In this document: positions 9,766 to 18,411 of the stretch, piece after piece | Position numbering within the stretch: position 1 is the stretch's first letter | Layout: each line of letters begins with the position of its first letter | Assembly (NCBI GenBank): GCA_964463635.1 | Contig: CAYXCB010000001.1 | Span: 7,526 to 71,525 of the forward strand | Length of the DNA stretch: 64,000 bases | Direction: 5' to 3' | Origin: an uncultured Candidatus Saccharibacteria bacterium | GTDB lineage: Bacteria; Patescibacteriota; Saccharimonadia; Saccharimonadales; CAZARM01 | Notes under the pieces: model-generated | Told to the model about the DNA's origin: nothing | Seen by the model: the letters and a program-made list of their open reading frames with translations, nothing else | Databases searched by the model: none | Position numbers and translations under genes: made by a program

Positions 9766-10791
9766 TTAACAACGTATATTGTGGTCTAGGGTTTGGACGT
9801 ATTGGACCATGACAATTTTGCCGCCTGTAAAAGCAGGTTCTTGGCAGTAGGCTGGCGCTTCATCAGGCATCCGCTCGCCAATTGCCCGCCATGCTGGAAA
9901 ACCATTCTGCCAACCGCCGGTAATTCTATTCCACATCCCCGGTATACTATAAAAACCCAGGGCCGGGCTTTCACTATAATAATATTGGGATTGGCTGCCT
10001 ATAGCGTCCATAAGTCCTGTCAATACAGCTTTATGTTCTTCGTAGTCGCCTCGCCATTTATTCATAGTCTCCACGTCTAACCACCAAAAGCCGCTTTTCA
10101 CCCCGCTGGCATGGGCGTAATCCACAGAGTAAATTCCATGCTGGTTACCATACGCATATGCCACACACAGATTGTCGTTGGGGTCGCAATGCTTACCCGC
10201 CTCACCCAATATAGATAATGCCTCTTGTCTGCCTGGATAATCAGAATTAACGTATAGTGACAAGTCTTGGAACTGAGCAGCTTCATCAGCCAAACATGGA
10301 TTTTGTTCAAAGCTAGAACCGCCATTAACTCCTACAATGCCGAAGGTGGCGTAGTCAGGTACTTCAACCCCGCAGTTTGGCCATGAGATGTCAATGCCCA
10401 CGTTTGGCTGTGCCACTAGAGCCGCAGCGTGAGCATGGCTTCTTTCAGCTATCATGGCCTGGGATTCGACAATGATTGTAGTTGTTGTGCTTTCTTCGGG
10501 TTGTTGCTCAGGAGAAGCTGCTGATACAGGTTCGGTTGGTAATAACTCCAGTGCTGACGGGTTTAGTACTTCAATTTGCGGAACATCCGCGGCCGCTGGG
10601 GCAGGAGCACGATCAAGCGCCAAATCCATGTCTGGCTGACCGCCAGCAATACTAACACCTATTAAAATATTCGCTGCGGCCGCTGCAGCGATAGCTTTTC
10701 TGAAAACAATAGACTCCGCAATGTAGCTGCGTATAGTTTCTAACCGGCCTGTTTGTATTTCTGGGGCCGGGGCGGTTTCACCCCTACTCAT
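9766..10791 (-). CDS. secreted GH25/DUF1906-like TIM-barrel protein
   Basis: GIDISWPNC, FGIVGVNGG, NPCL, LYVN and WWLDVET motifs; paralog of 49432..50283. Confidence 0.7.
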   Translation of the reverse strand: MSRGETAPAPEIQTGRLETIRSYIAESIVFRKAIAAAAAANILIGVSIAGGQPDMDLALDRAPAPAAADVPQIEVLNPSALELLPTEPVSAASPEQQPEESTTTTIIVESQAMIAERSHAHAAALVAQPNVGIDISWPNCGVEVPDYATFGIVGVNGGSSFEQNPCLADEAAQFQDLSLYVNSDYPGRQEALSILGEAGKHCDPNDNLCVAYAYGNQHGIYSVDYAHASGVKSGFWWLDVETMNKWRGDYEEHKAVLTGLMDAIGSQSQYYYSESPALGFYSIPGMWNRITGGWQNGFPAWRAIGERMPDEAPAYCQEPAFTGGKIVMVQYVQTLDHNIRC

Positions 10792-10860
10792 AATTTTAGT
10801 CTAGACTAAAACAGCAGTTTAATCTACCGTTTTTGACTTGTAAGCTACTCCTGAAAATAA

Positions 10861-11517
10861 TTACGGGCAGGGTTCGGCTTGCGCCGCAGATATATCATCG
10901 CCAATAACATTAACTTCCGGCACTAGCCACCTTTCGTTTGCACCTGTAGCTGGATTCTCATAAATAATTTGCCACCACACTTTGGAGGCGCTGCCCGGTT
11001 TGATGTCACTTATTTCCTGATTTGTTTCGTGATTGCTATAACATTCAAACAATACTTGCTGACCGTTCCGGGCAATAAGTGCCGGATTACTAGACTGATT
11101 CGCCCGCTTATAAAGACCGATTCGTGCATCAGCTAAAGGTACATTGCAGCTACCATCTAAAATTCCAAGTAGATAATCTTTGTCGCCAATTCTCTCCATT
11201 CTTATGCCTCCGGTTGCGCTGACACCTTCCGTATCAGTGTTTCTGGGTGGATTTAGGCATTGGGACTCGGTTTTAGTATCAATTTGTATGGGCTCGGGGA
11301 GATCGACTTCGGGGATTGGCAAACCTTTTTCCGAAGGAACAATATATGGCAGATCGGTAGTCGCGGCTGTAGCATCAGATTTTTGAGTAGTTGTTGACGG
11401 TTCAGCATTACTATCGCCATCGCTGCAAGCGGGTAAGGATAAGACTAAAGCGGCTATGATTCTGGGTCCAGCCCTTCTTAGTTTGGGAATTATTCCAACT
11501 TCTGGATTTGCCAGCAT
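10861..11517 (-). CDS. putative lipoprotein
   Basis: Hydrophobic stretch ending LPAC, then a Thr-rich linker. Confidence 0.65.
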   Translation of the reverse strand: MLANPEVGIIPKLRRAGPRIIAALVLSLPACSDGDSNAEPSTTTQKSDATAATTDLPYIVPSEKGLPIPEVDLPEPIQIDTKTESQCLNPPRNTDTEGVSATGGIRMERIGDKDYLLGILDGSCNVPLADARIGLYKRANQSSNPALIARNGQQVLFECYSNHETNQEISDIKPGSASKVWWQIIYENPATGANERWLVPEVNVIGDDISAAQAEPCP

Positions 11518-11589
11518 TACATGCTCCTAATTATCCGGTTCAGTCTACGGAGTAGGGGGCCAAAATTGTATTAGATTTATCGCTGTGAT

Positions 11590-12885
11590 TTAAGTGAGGA
11601 TCATTTTTCCTAGCCCTAGGAATACTAAAAAGCCAAACACATCGGTGGCAGTCGTAATAAAAATAGTTGCTGAGGCGGCGGGGTCCTTGCCAAGCTTAGA
11701 CATAATCAACGGCACGAGCGTGCCGAAAAACGCCGCGACTAGTAGGTTTATGACCATGGCCATGGCAAGAATAATGGCGATTTTAGTGTCACGGTTAAAG
11801 ATGATGACTACCACCGCAACGATAATTCCATTAATCAAACCATTGACCAATCCTGCACCGACCTCGTTCTTGAGTGTCCGAAGCGCCGTACGCAGCTCAA
11901 TTTGCTTCAGGGCTATACCTCGTACTAGTACGGCTAGCGTTTGAGTCGCGGCATTGCCGCCCATGCCGGCCACGATTGGCATGTAAATTGCCAGCAGTAC
12001 GTATTTGTCCAATGTTTCTTCAAACATTCCCACCGTAAACGCCGCCAAAAAAGCCGTGCCAAGATTGATGATCAGCCAGCGGTAGCGGTGCTGGACTTTG
12101 CGACGAGCCGAGTCAGTAACAGTTTCTTCCTGGTTAATACCAGCGAAGTCATACAAGCTGGAGGCTTCTTGCTCGTGCAGCATTTTGAGCACATCGTCAG
12201 AGTAAATAATGCCGACAACATTGTCGGCGTCGTTCTTAACAACCACCTTGGCATGCGGGTGGGACTGAAAAAGATGCAGTACCTCGTCGTGAGTAGCAGC
12301 ATATGATATTGACGGGACGCGCTTGACGTATTTGCCAATTAGTTCAGTCTTACTGGCAAAGCCCAGTTCATGACCAGGCATAAAACCGGCTAGGTGCCCG
12401 TCTGTTTTCATTACTAGAATCACAGGCGGCCGGCCAGTACGGCGTTCATGTTGTTTGAATTGTTTGGCTGTTTCAGTAATCGTGTCATTAACTGCGGCCT
12501 GAATATAGTCCAAGGTCATAAGGCCAGCAGCAGTTTTTGCATCGAATTCGAGCAAAGTTGACAGCGAATCTTTGAGATCCTGGCTAAGCAGCTGGAGGGC
12601 GCGTTCGCGCTTGTGTGGTGTTAGCAGCTGCAGCAGATCGGTGGCATCATCCGGATCCACGCTTTCTAGAATAGCGACTAGTTCTTCATCACCAATCCGC
12701 TGCAAAATGTCTTGTTTGACGTGAGGGGTAAGCGTGTCGAGCAGCTCAATCTGTTTGTCCAGGGGCTGACCCAGGAAGACTTGAGTCCGCTTGTCTTTTT
12801 TAAAAAGTAAATCCCTTAGCAGCAGCGGGTTAACGACGTTCAGATTTATGCCTAGGTTATTTTTAAACTTTTTAGAGAATTTCAT
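11590..12885 (-). CDS. mgtE: magnesium transporter MgtE
   Basis: MgtE N domain, CBS pair, TAAGLM, GMGGNAATQT and DPAASATIFITTATDV motifs. Confidence 0.94.
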   Translation of the reverse strand: MKFSKKFKNNLGINLNVVNPLLLRDLLFKKDKRTQVFLGQPLDKQIELLDTLTPHVKQDILQRIGDEELVAILESVDPDDATDLLQLLTPHKRERALQLLSQDLKDSLSTLLEFDAKTAAGLMTLDYIQAAVNDTITETAKQFKQHERRTGRPPVILVMKTDGHLAGFMPGHELGFASKTELIGKYVKRVPSISYAATHDEVLHLFQSHPHAKVVVKNDADNVVGIIYSDDVLKMLHEQEASSLYDFAGINQEETVTDSARRKVQHRYRWLIINLGTAFLAAFTVGMFEETLDKYVLLAIYMPIVAGMGGNAATQTLAVLVRGIALKQIELRTALRTLKNEVGAGLVNGLINGIIVAVVVIIFNRDTKIAIILAMAMVINLLVAAFFGTLVPLIMSKLGKDPAASATIFITTATDVFGFLVFLGLGKMILT

Positions 12886-12945
12886 AGTTTTTATTTGATT
12901 AGCTTGAACTTACCTTACCATAAACTTAATGGATTTGCCCACCCT

Positions 12946-13332
12946 CTATAATCTGTTTTTAGCTTCTAATTCGTGGATGCGCTGGTGGTCCAGCCCGTAG
13001 TAGTGTGCGATTTCGTGCCAGAGGGTGTGTTTGATCTTACTTTTGAAATCTTCTAGATCGGCTGAAGCATAGAAAAGAGGCAGCTTGAACAGAGTAATCT
13101 TGTCAGGCAGGACCAAATTGTAGCTGGCGTTGCGCTTAGTCAGCGGAATCCCCTCGTACAAGCCAAATAATGTCTGGCTGCAATGCAGTTTAAGCTTTTG
13201 GCGCTGGGTTTCAGTCGGTTCGTCCTCGTAGGTGACTAAAACGTTGTTGAGCCGGGTAATATACTCTTCGGGCAACTCATCCATAGCAGCCGATATATAC
13301 TTGTCGAAGTCTTCGTCTGAGATACTTAACAT
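12946..13332 (-). CDS. zinicin-like metallopeptidase
   Basis: LFGLYEGIPLT, LPDKITLF and HEIAHYYG motifs; start taken at ATG 13332. Confidence 0.9.
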   Translation of the reverse strand: MLSISDEDFDKYISAAMDELPEEYITRLNNVLVTYEDEPTETQRQKLKLHCSQTLFGLYEGIPLTKRNASYNLVLPDKITLFKLPLFYASADLEDFKSKIKHTLWHEIAHYYGLDHQRIHELEAKNRL

Positions 13333-13341
13333 GTTAAGTAT
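13322..13341. promoter_or_regulatory. 20-bp palindromic operator (copy 1)
   Basis: atacttaac-at-gttaagtat; 19/20 identical to 18377-18396 upstream of marR. Confidence 0.7.
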
Positions 13342-13364
13342 TGTATCACATAGCACAAATTATT

Positions 13365-13565
13365 TTGACATTTAGGCTTGAGCGTTATAATGAATAATAT
13401 GAACATTAACAAAAAGAGGGGAGGTAATCTTTTGAAACAAGTCCTAATATCTAACGGACAAGTATCTGTAGTTACGCGCGGGAGGTACGCGCTTAACTAA
13501 CCTCCCCTAGCTTGTCTAAGTAGGCAGAATATCTTGGCCGCTCCGACTCGTCGGGGCGGTTTTCT
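13365..13565 (+). ncRNA. candidate small RNA or leader-peptide transcript
   Basis: TTGACA (13365) and TATAAT (13386) with a 15-bp spacer; short ORF ending at 13500; pseudoknot-capable hairpin; terminator gccgctccga-ctcg-tcggggcggt-ttt. Confidence 0.5.
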
Positions 13566-13634
13566 ATTGAAATTCGACAAAGATTACAAACCCAAGCCAG
13601 CTTACTTTTCAATGCGCGACGCCCTGGAACAAGA

Positions 13635-14310
13635 CTAGTTTCTTTTTAGCCTTTTGACCAGTAAGGCTAAGGCAAAACCATTACGCTGCTTACTTCGTAA
13701 GCTTTAGCGCCATACTTTCTTGTGTCGACAAGAAAGTATGCAAAGAAACGACGGCTAGATAAAAAGCGTTACTTTGCACGGTTAAAATAAGCCGTGCCTG
13801 CGGAACGGTCCGCCCATGTCTGCGCATGGGGGACAACGGTCCAATTCTGTTTTCTTAGTAGAAGGAATTGGACTGGTCCTCAGCAATGACTCGGCTCATT
13901 TTAACCTTAGCAAAATCAGCTTTTTATAACCCGACCAAGACCATGGAATATCTGACGGCAAATAAATAATACTTTAGGCCATGGCGGCCCAGCCAGGCTC
14001 TGGAAGTTCCTGATGACTGAATGTCAAAGGCACAATTTCTGCGCAGGGGATGTTTAAGCCCATATCTCTTCTTTGAAGAATTAATGAAAGATATGGGTGA
14101 GTTCCCCGGAGCCTTGTGGTTCTTTGACATTCGAGCGATTAGCGAGAATGTATGCCGAGCCCAAGCAAACCAGTCCTTGAAAAAGAAAAAGTTTGCCTGG
14201 CGTGAAGCTATACAATGAAGTCATAAAGAACTGGAATTGCCTGGGAGTTTTTGCCCACCTTTTGGCGGACCAAAAGGTGGAAAGATTGCTTCTTGGAAAG
14301 AAGAAACTAG
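13635..14310. repeat. large multi-hairpin element with terminal inverted repeats
   Basis: ctagtttctt / aagaaactag ends plus at least six long internal stems; no credible ORF. Confidence 0.65.
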
Positions 14311-14963
14311 AGGCTGTCGCCGTCCATGGCCATAAATATGCCGCTTATTTTAGCTTGGGAGTCAAAAGTAAATGACACCACCATATCATCAGCTGACATA
14401 CCGACGAAAGCGCTTTCTGGGAAGTACTGCTTGTAGTCGCCAGTCCCCCATTTGGTAAGCGTAGCGGCTGGCAGAGAAAAGTCCCAGGGATCAGTAGCAC
14501 TATCCAGATATTTTAGATCGCTAATGGCTTGGGTTGGTGTCCGATCACCGATGCCTTCACTGGCCGCTAATATAACCTTTATCTTGGAGGCCATGTAGCC
14601 CTCCAGTGCCGCAGTGTTGCCGCTTTTAATGGCATCTTCGATGTTGGCCAGGGCTTCGGCAGTTGGCGCCTTGGTTTCGGCTACGGTTGCTGGTGTAGTA
14701 TCTTCCGCAGCTGCCTCTGATTCAAGCTGGCTTATTCTTAGTTGTAAAGCCATTATTTCTGATTTATGATTTTTGGCTTGGTCTTTGGCTTCCAGGTCTC
14801 GCCAATAATACGCGCCTCCGCCAGCAGCTAGCAAGAACAAAGTGAATAAAATAAACACTAGTAAAGATACGTTTCTCTTGGTGCCTTTTGCCTTCGACAC
14901 AGGTTGCGCCGCTTCGGGTTCAGTTTTCTGAGTTTGATTGTTTCGATTGAAGTCCATATCCAT
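14307..14963 (-). CDS. membrane-anchored hypothetical protein
   Basis: Single TM, coiled coil and globular C-terminal domain. Confidence 0.8.
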   Translation of the reverse strand: MDMDFNRNNQTQKTEPEAAQPVSKAKGTKRNVSLLVFILFTLFLLAAGGGAYYWRDLEAKDQAKNHKSEIMALQLRISQLESEAAAEDTTPATVAETKAPTAEALANIEDAIKSGNTAALEGYMASKIKVILAASEGIGDRTPTQAISDLKYLDSATDPWDFSLPAATLTKWGTGDYKQYFPESAFVGMSADDMVVSFTFDSQAKISGIFMAMDGDSL

Positions 14964-15018
14964 AGTAATCCTTTTTAACAGTTAGGTGAATTGTAGCATA
15001 AGCACGTTGATATGCTGT

Positions 15019-15106
15019 AAAAACAAAGAGAAGCCTTTTGAGGGGCTTCTCTTTGTCGCAGCTTCAGCTTTTTACGGCCTGGGTGCTAATCACCTCACAG
15101 TGACTA
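15019..15106 (-). ncRNA. candidate ~90-nt small RNA
   Basis: Minus-strand TTGACA-17-TATAGT promoter (15141-15113), a 5' hairpin, and a 13-bp terminator stem (15023-15056) followed by a T tract. Confidence 0.55.
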
Positions 15107-15251
15107 AGGCTGACTATAGGCCTGAGCAAATAGCCTGTCAAGTACTTTAGTAATTTACCGCTGTTTGCCTGTTGTTAAACGAGCGAGCTTTCTTGCTGAC
15201 GGCCGCATGCAAGCTTGTTACGCTGAAATTGCATTAACATAGGAGGGACCA

Positions 15252-15386
15252 ATGGCAAAAGATAGAAAAGACTATAACGATATGACCCGCGAGGAACTCG
15301 TGGCGATTATTGGCATTGAAGACAATCCGAACTACACTCGAGTTGAGCTGATTGATATGGCTCGCGATCGAGACACTTCAATGTAA
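15252..15386 (+). CDS. 44-aa protein, Rho-N/SAP-like helix-extension-helix
   Basis: SD AGGAGG; MAKDRKDYNDMTREELVAIIGIEDNPNYTRVELIDMARDRDTSM; followed by a terminator. Confidence 0.65.
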   Translation: MAKDRKDYNDMTREELVAIIGIEDNPNYTRVELIDMARDRDTSM

Positions 15387-15404
15387 ATATATTTTCCTAC
15401 CCCT

Positions 15405-15433
15405 AAAAAGACCCCGAAAGTCGGGGTCTTTTT
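15405..15433. terminator. bidirectional intrinsic terminator
   Basis: aaaaagaccccga-aag-tcggggtcttttt between convergent genes. Confidence 0.85.
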
Positions 15434-16049
15434 ATTTGCGCAGAATAATTCTGGCGTAGCCGCGGGTGGCAGTAAAGCTCAAAATTAGCGCCAAACCAAA
15501 TACAACTCCCGCTAAGGCAGTAACAGACCGCCGTTCTGTAATATAAGCTAGCGTATATAAGCTAAGGGCTGACCATTGGAGCGTGGTAGCGTATTTTCCA
15601 GTGCGCGAGGTGTGCATAATTTTGTGCTGGGCTTTGGCCATAATCGATAAAACGGCATTTGTCAGATGTATTAGCGCAATTAATACAGCTTGCCAGGGTA
15701 ATAAAATATTGGTGATTACAAGTACCGGCAAAGCGGCGGCAATTTCCAGTTTGTCAATGCTGGCGTCTACGGCTTCGCCGACTGGACTTTTGGTGCCGGT
15801 TTCTTCAGCCACCATGCCATCAACGATATCAAGCACTCGACCGGCTACGATTAGAATCAAGCCTCGCCAAGTATGGTTGTAGTACAAATCGACCAATCCA
15901 AGCAGCACCAAAACTAGGCCTGCCAAACTCACGGCGTTGCCGGGCGTGACAATTCCATTAGTACTGGCAGCCAGACGCTGCCAGTAATTGCGATGCCTGA
16001 CTCGCAGCTTTTCCCAATCCGGTTTTCGGCTGGCACGATGAAGTTTCAC
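15432..16049 (-). CDS. CDP-alcohol phosphatidyltransferase family protein
   Basis: TPGNAVS and DIVDGMVAE...GEAVDASIDK (DxxDGxxA...GxxxDxxxD) motifs. Confidence 0.9.
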   Translation of the reverse strand: MKLHRASRKPDWEKLRVRHRNYWQRLAASTNGIVTPGNAVSLAGLVLVLLGLVDLYYNHTWRGLILIVAGRVLDIVDGMVAEETGTKSPVGEAVDASIDKLEIAAALPVLVITNILLPWQAVLIALIHLTNAVLSIMAKAQHKIMHTSRTGKYATTLQWSALSLYTLAYITERRSVTALAGVVFGLALILSFTATRGYARIILRK

Positions 16050-16075
16050 TCCTTCATCATAGCAAATAGCTGTTT

Positions 16076-17260
16076 TTAGACTACAAAGGTCAGGGCGTGG
16101 CCAACTCGTCCAGCTCGGCCGGCTCGGCCGACACGGTGGATATAATCCTGATAGGTTTGCGGCTGAGAAAAGTTAATGACATGAGTAATGTCGACAATGT
16201 CGATGCCGCGGGCAGCCACATCGGTAGCAACCAGCACGCTGACTTCACTGTCCTTGAAGCGTTTCAGGGCTCGCTGACGCTGGCTTTGATTCTTGCCGCC
16301 GTGGATCGAATCGGCTTTGAAACCTCGGCTAATCAATTCGTTGCTTAGTTTTTCAACACCGCGCTGAGTTTCGTCAAAAACGATGGCTTTTTCGACTTCG
16401 CCCTTTAGCAATAGATCATGCAGTTTGTCCATCTTATCGAGAGGTGATAGGCAACGCACGATGTCTTGGTTGACCATATCGGTAGTTTCACCAGTTTTGA
16501 TCGACACAGTGACTGGGTCAGATGTAAAGTTTTGTATCAAATTGTTGATTTTGTGGTCGAGCGTGGCCGAGAAAAAGAACGATTGGCGCTTGGCAATTAG
16601 ATTGCTAAGTATTTTGGTCACGCTATCGACAAAGCCCATGTCAAGCATGCGGTCTACTTCGTCCAATACAACCGTATCAAATGTAGATAGGTTTAGCGTT
16701 CGGCGCTCCAGGTGATCTTGAATCCGGCCAGGCGTACCGATTACAATTCTAGGTCGTGATTTCAGGTCGGCCAGCTGGCGTCCCATCGAAGTACCGCCAA
16801 TGAGCAGGGCTCCGAATAGGCCGCTGCCTTTAGCCATCCAGCGGCATTCCTGCTCGATTTGCTGAGCTAGCTCGCGGGTTGGCGCGATAATCAAGGCCTT
16901 AGAGTGCGGGTTATTAATTAACTTGTTAAGTATGGGTATAGCAAAGGCAGCTGTCTTGCCGGTGCCGGTGTTAGCAATGCCAATTACATCCCGGCCTTCT
17001 AGGCCGAGTGGAATTGTCTGGTCCTGGACTGGCGTTGGGACTTCGTAGCCCTTGTGTATGATGTTGGTCTTCAGTAACTGATGGACATTGAAGTCTGCAA
17101 AAGTGTGCTTGGCAACGTAAACGTCCTCTGTCACGCCTGTGGCACGACGGACGAAACGGGTCGGGTCGATATACTCGCCCCGACGTTTAGGACCGGAGAC
17201 ATTGCGTCGCCGGTTATGATTGGACGACTTGTAAATCGTCCGGCTTTTATAATTCGGCAT
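16076..17260 (-). CDS. DEAD-box RNA helicase
   Basis: PTPVQ, GTGKT, PTRELA, TPGR, DEVD, SAT, ARGID and HRVGRAGR motifs. Confidence 0.95.
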   Translation of the reverse strand: MPNYKSRTIYKSSNHNRRRNVSGPKRRGEYIDPTRFVRRATGVTEDVYVAKHTFADFNVHQLLKTNIIHKGYEVPTPVQDQTIPLGLEGRDVIGIANTGTGKTAAFAIPILNKLINNPHSKALIIAPTRELAQQIEQECRWMAKGSGLFGALLIGGTSMGRQLADLKSRPRIVIGTPGRIQDHLERRTLNLSTFDTVVLDEVDRMLDMGFVDSVTKILSNLIAKRQSFFFSATLDHKINNLIQNFTSDPVTVSIKTGETTDMVNQDIVRCLSPLDKMDKLHDLLLKGEVEKAIVFDETQRGVEKLSNELISRGFKADSIHGGKNQSQRQRALKRFKDSEVSVLVATDVAARGIDIVDITHVINFSQPQTYQDYIHRVGRAGRAGRVGHALTFVV

Positions 17261-17434
17261 AAAAAAGAATCCTCTATATTTTTAACTTGTTACTTTGGTG
17301 CTTGATTGCTCAGATGAAGCCAAAGTGATAGTCAAAAACTCGGATTCATGGAAAGACAATACCTATACATTAGCATGATATCTGTCCTGAGTCAACGTTA
17401 TAACAAAAAAGCACCAGAAAATCTGATGCGTTTT

Positions 17435-17825
17435 TGGTGGAGCTGGTGGGTACTGCCCCCACGTCCGCTAGTTTAACTGGTTAGTCTATCCTACAGGTGT
17501 AGGTCATTTGAATACATCATGGGATAAAAATGACCAAAAAACCATGATGGTCGATCCTGATCTTAGTCCGACTACGGATCAATTGCCGAAAGCAATCAGA
17601 AAATATGTCACGCTGTATCGCTATCTGATGTCACAATAGGCGCGGCTTTAGAAATTAAGCTAAAGCTGGTGCGAACTGGCGACCGAAGAGAAGTGTTTTA
17701 CCACTCTCAAAGGCGCTAGCTACGCGATCAAGTAGTTTTGCAACTATTTGGGTTCGTCTATACGCTGACAAGCGACCTGCTGATCTAACCGTTAAAGTCC
17801 AACGTCGAGCTTAAAATTCAGCCCC
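17435..17825 (-). ncRNA. ssrA: tmRNA
   Basis: 5' GGGGCTGA...CTCGAC and 3' ...CAGCTCCACCA tRNA-Ala-like ends; internal tag ORF 17741-17655 ending in ALA-stop. Confidence 0.92.
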
Positions 17826-17886
17826 GTATATGATTTATCACTTCTTACAGTGATCTGTACATTATACCACTTATGTCAATAAATTG

Positions 17887-18342
17887 CTAGTTATGGAAAT
17901 GCTGGCCGCCACTGCCGGGATGGCAGGCATGGTCATGCATGATTGACATGATGTCCAGCAATTGCTGCTTCTGCTTATCGGTCAATTTATCAAACATTGA
18001 TTGGTGATAACTGTTCAAGATTTTTAGCGCCTCTTCGTTCAGCCGCAAGCCTTTGGACGTGGGAGTAGTAATGTGCCGGCGACGGTTGTCTGGACTGACT
18101 TTGCTCACTAGTAATCCGTCTTCTACCATTAACTTGATCTGCCGGCTAACGCTGGCCTCGGTCTGGCCTAAGGCACCAGCAATATCCCGCTGCTGCACGT
18201 AAGGGTTGCGCTCTAGCACCATTAGAATCTTGAACTGAGAAAAGCCTATCCCGAGTCGTTCCTGCAAAACCTGGTCATTCTGACGGGCCAGGGTAAAGGC
18301 CAGGTGCTGGAGTAGGTAGCCAATATTGTTAGTCGGACCCAT
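17887..18342 (-). CDS. MarR family transcriptional regulator
   Basis: wHTH QRDIAGALGQTEASVSRQI and DNRRRHITTPTSKG motifs. Confidence 0.92.
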   Translation of the reverse strand: MGPTNNIGYLLQHLAFTLARQNDQVLQERLGIGFSQFKILMVLERNPYVQQRDIAGALGQTEASVSRQIKLMVEDGLLVSKVSPDNRRRHITTPTSKGLRLNEEALKILNSYHQSMFDKLTDKQKQQLLDIMSIMHDHACHPGSGGQHFHN

Positions 18343-18373
18343 GTACTAATGCTAGCATGAAGTACTTTACTTG

Positions 18374-18399
18374 TTAATACTTAACGTGTTAAGTATTAA
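18374..18399. promoter_or_regulatory. palindromic operator upstream of marR (copy 2)
   Basis: ttaatacttaac-gt-gttaagtattaa, perfect 12-bp arms. Confidence 0.75.
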
Positions 18400-18411
18400 G
18401 CAGGGAAGTGC

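Noticed and set aside
13924-14375. Three short ORFs (68, 65 and 60 aa)
   Set aside because: They lie within the hairpin element on both strands, with no SD or recognisable motifs.
15040-15100. Resemblance of the small RNA to SRP RNA domain IV (CAGG...GAAGC) or a fluoride riboswitch (GGTGAT..CACC..GCTGA)
   Set aside because: Spacing and key residues do not match either consensus well enough, so it is left as an unassigned RNA.
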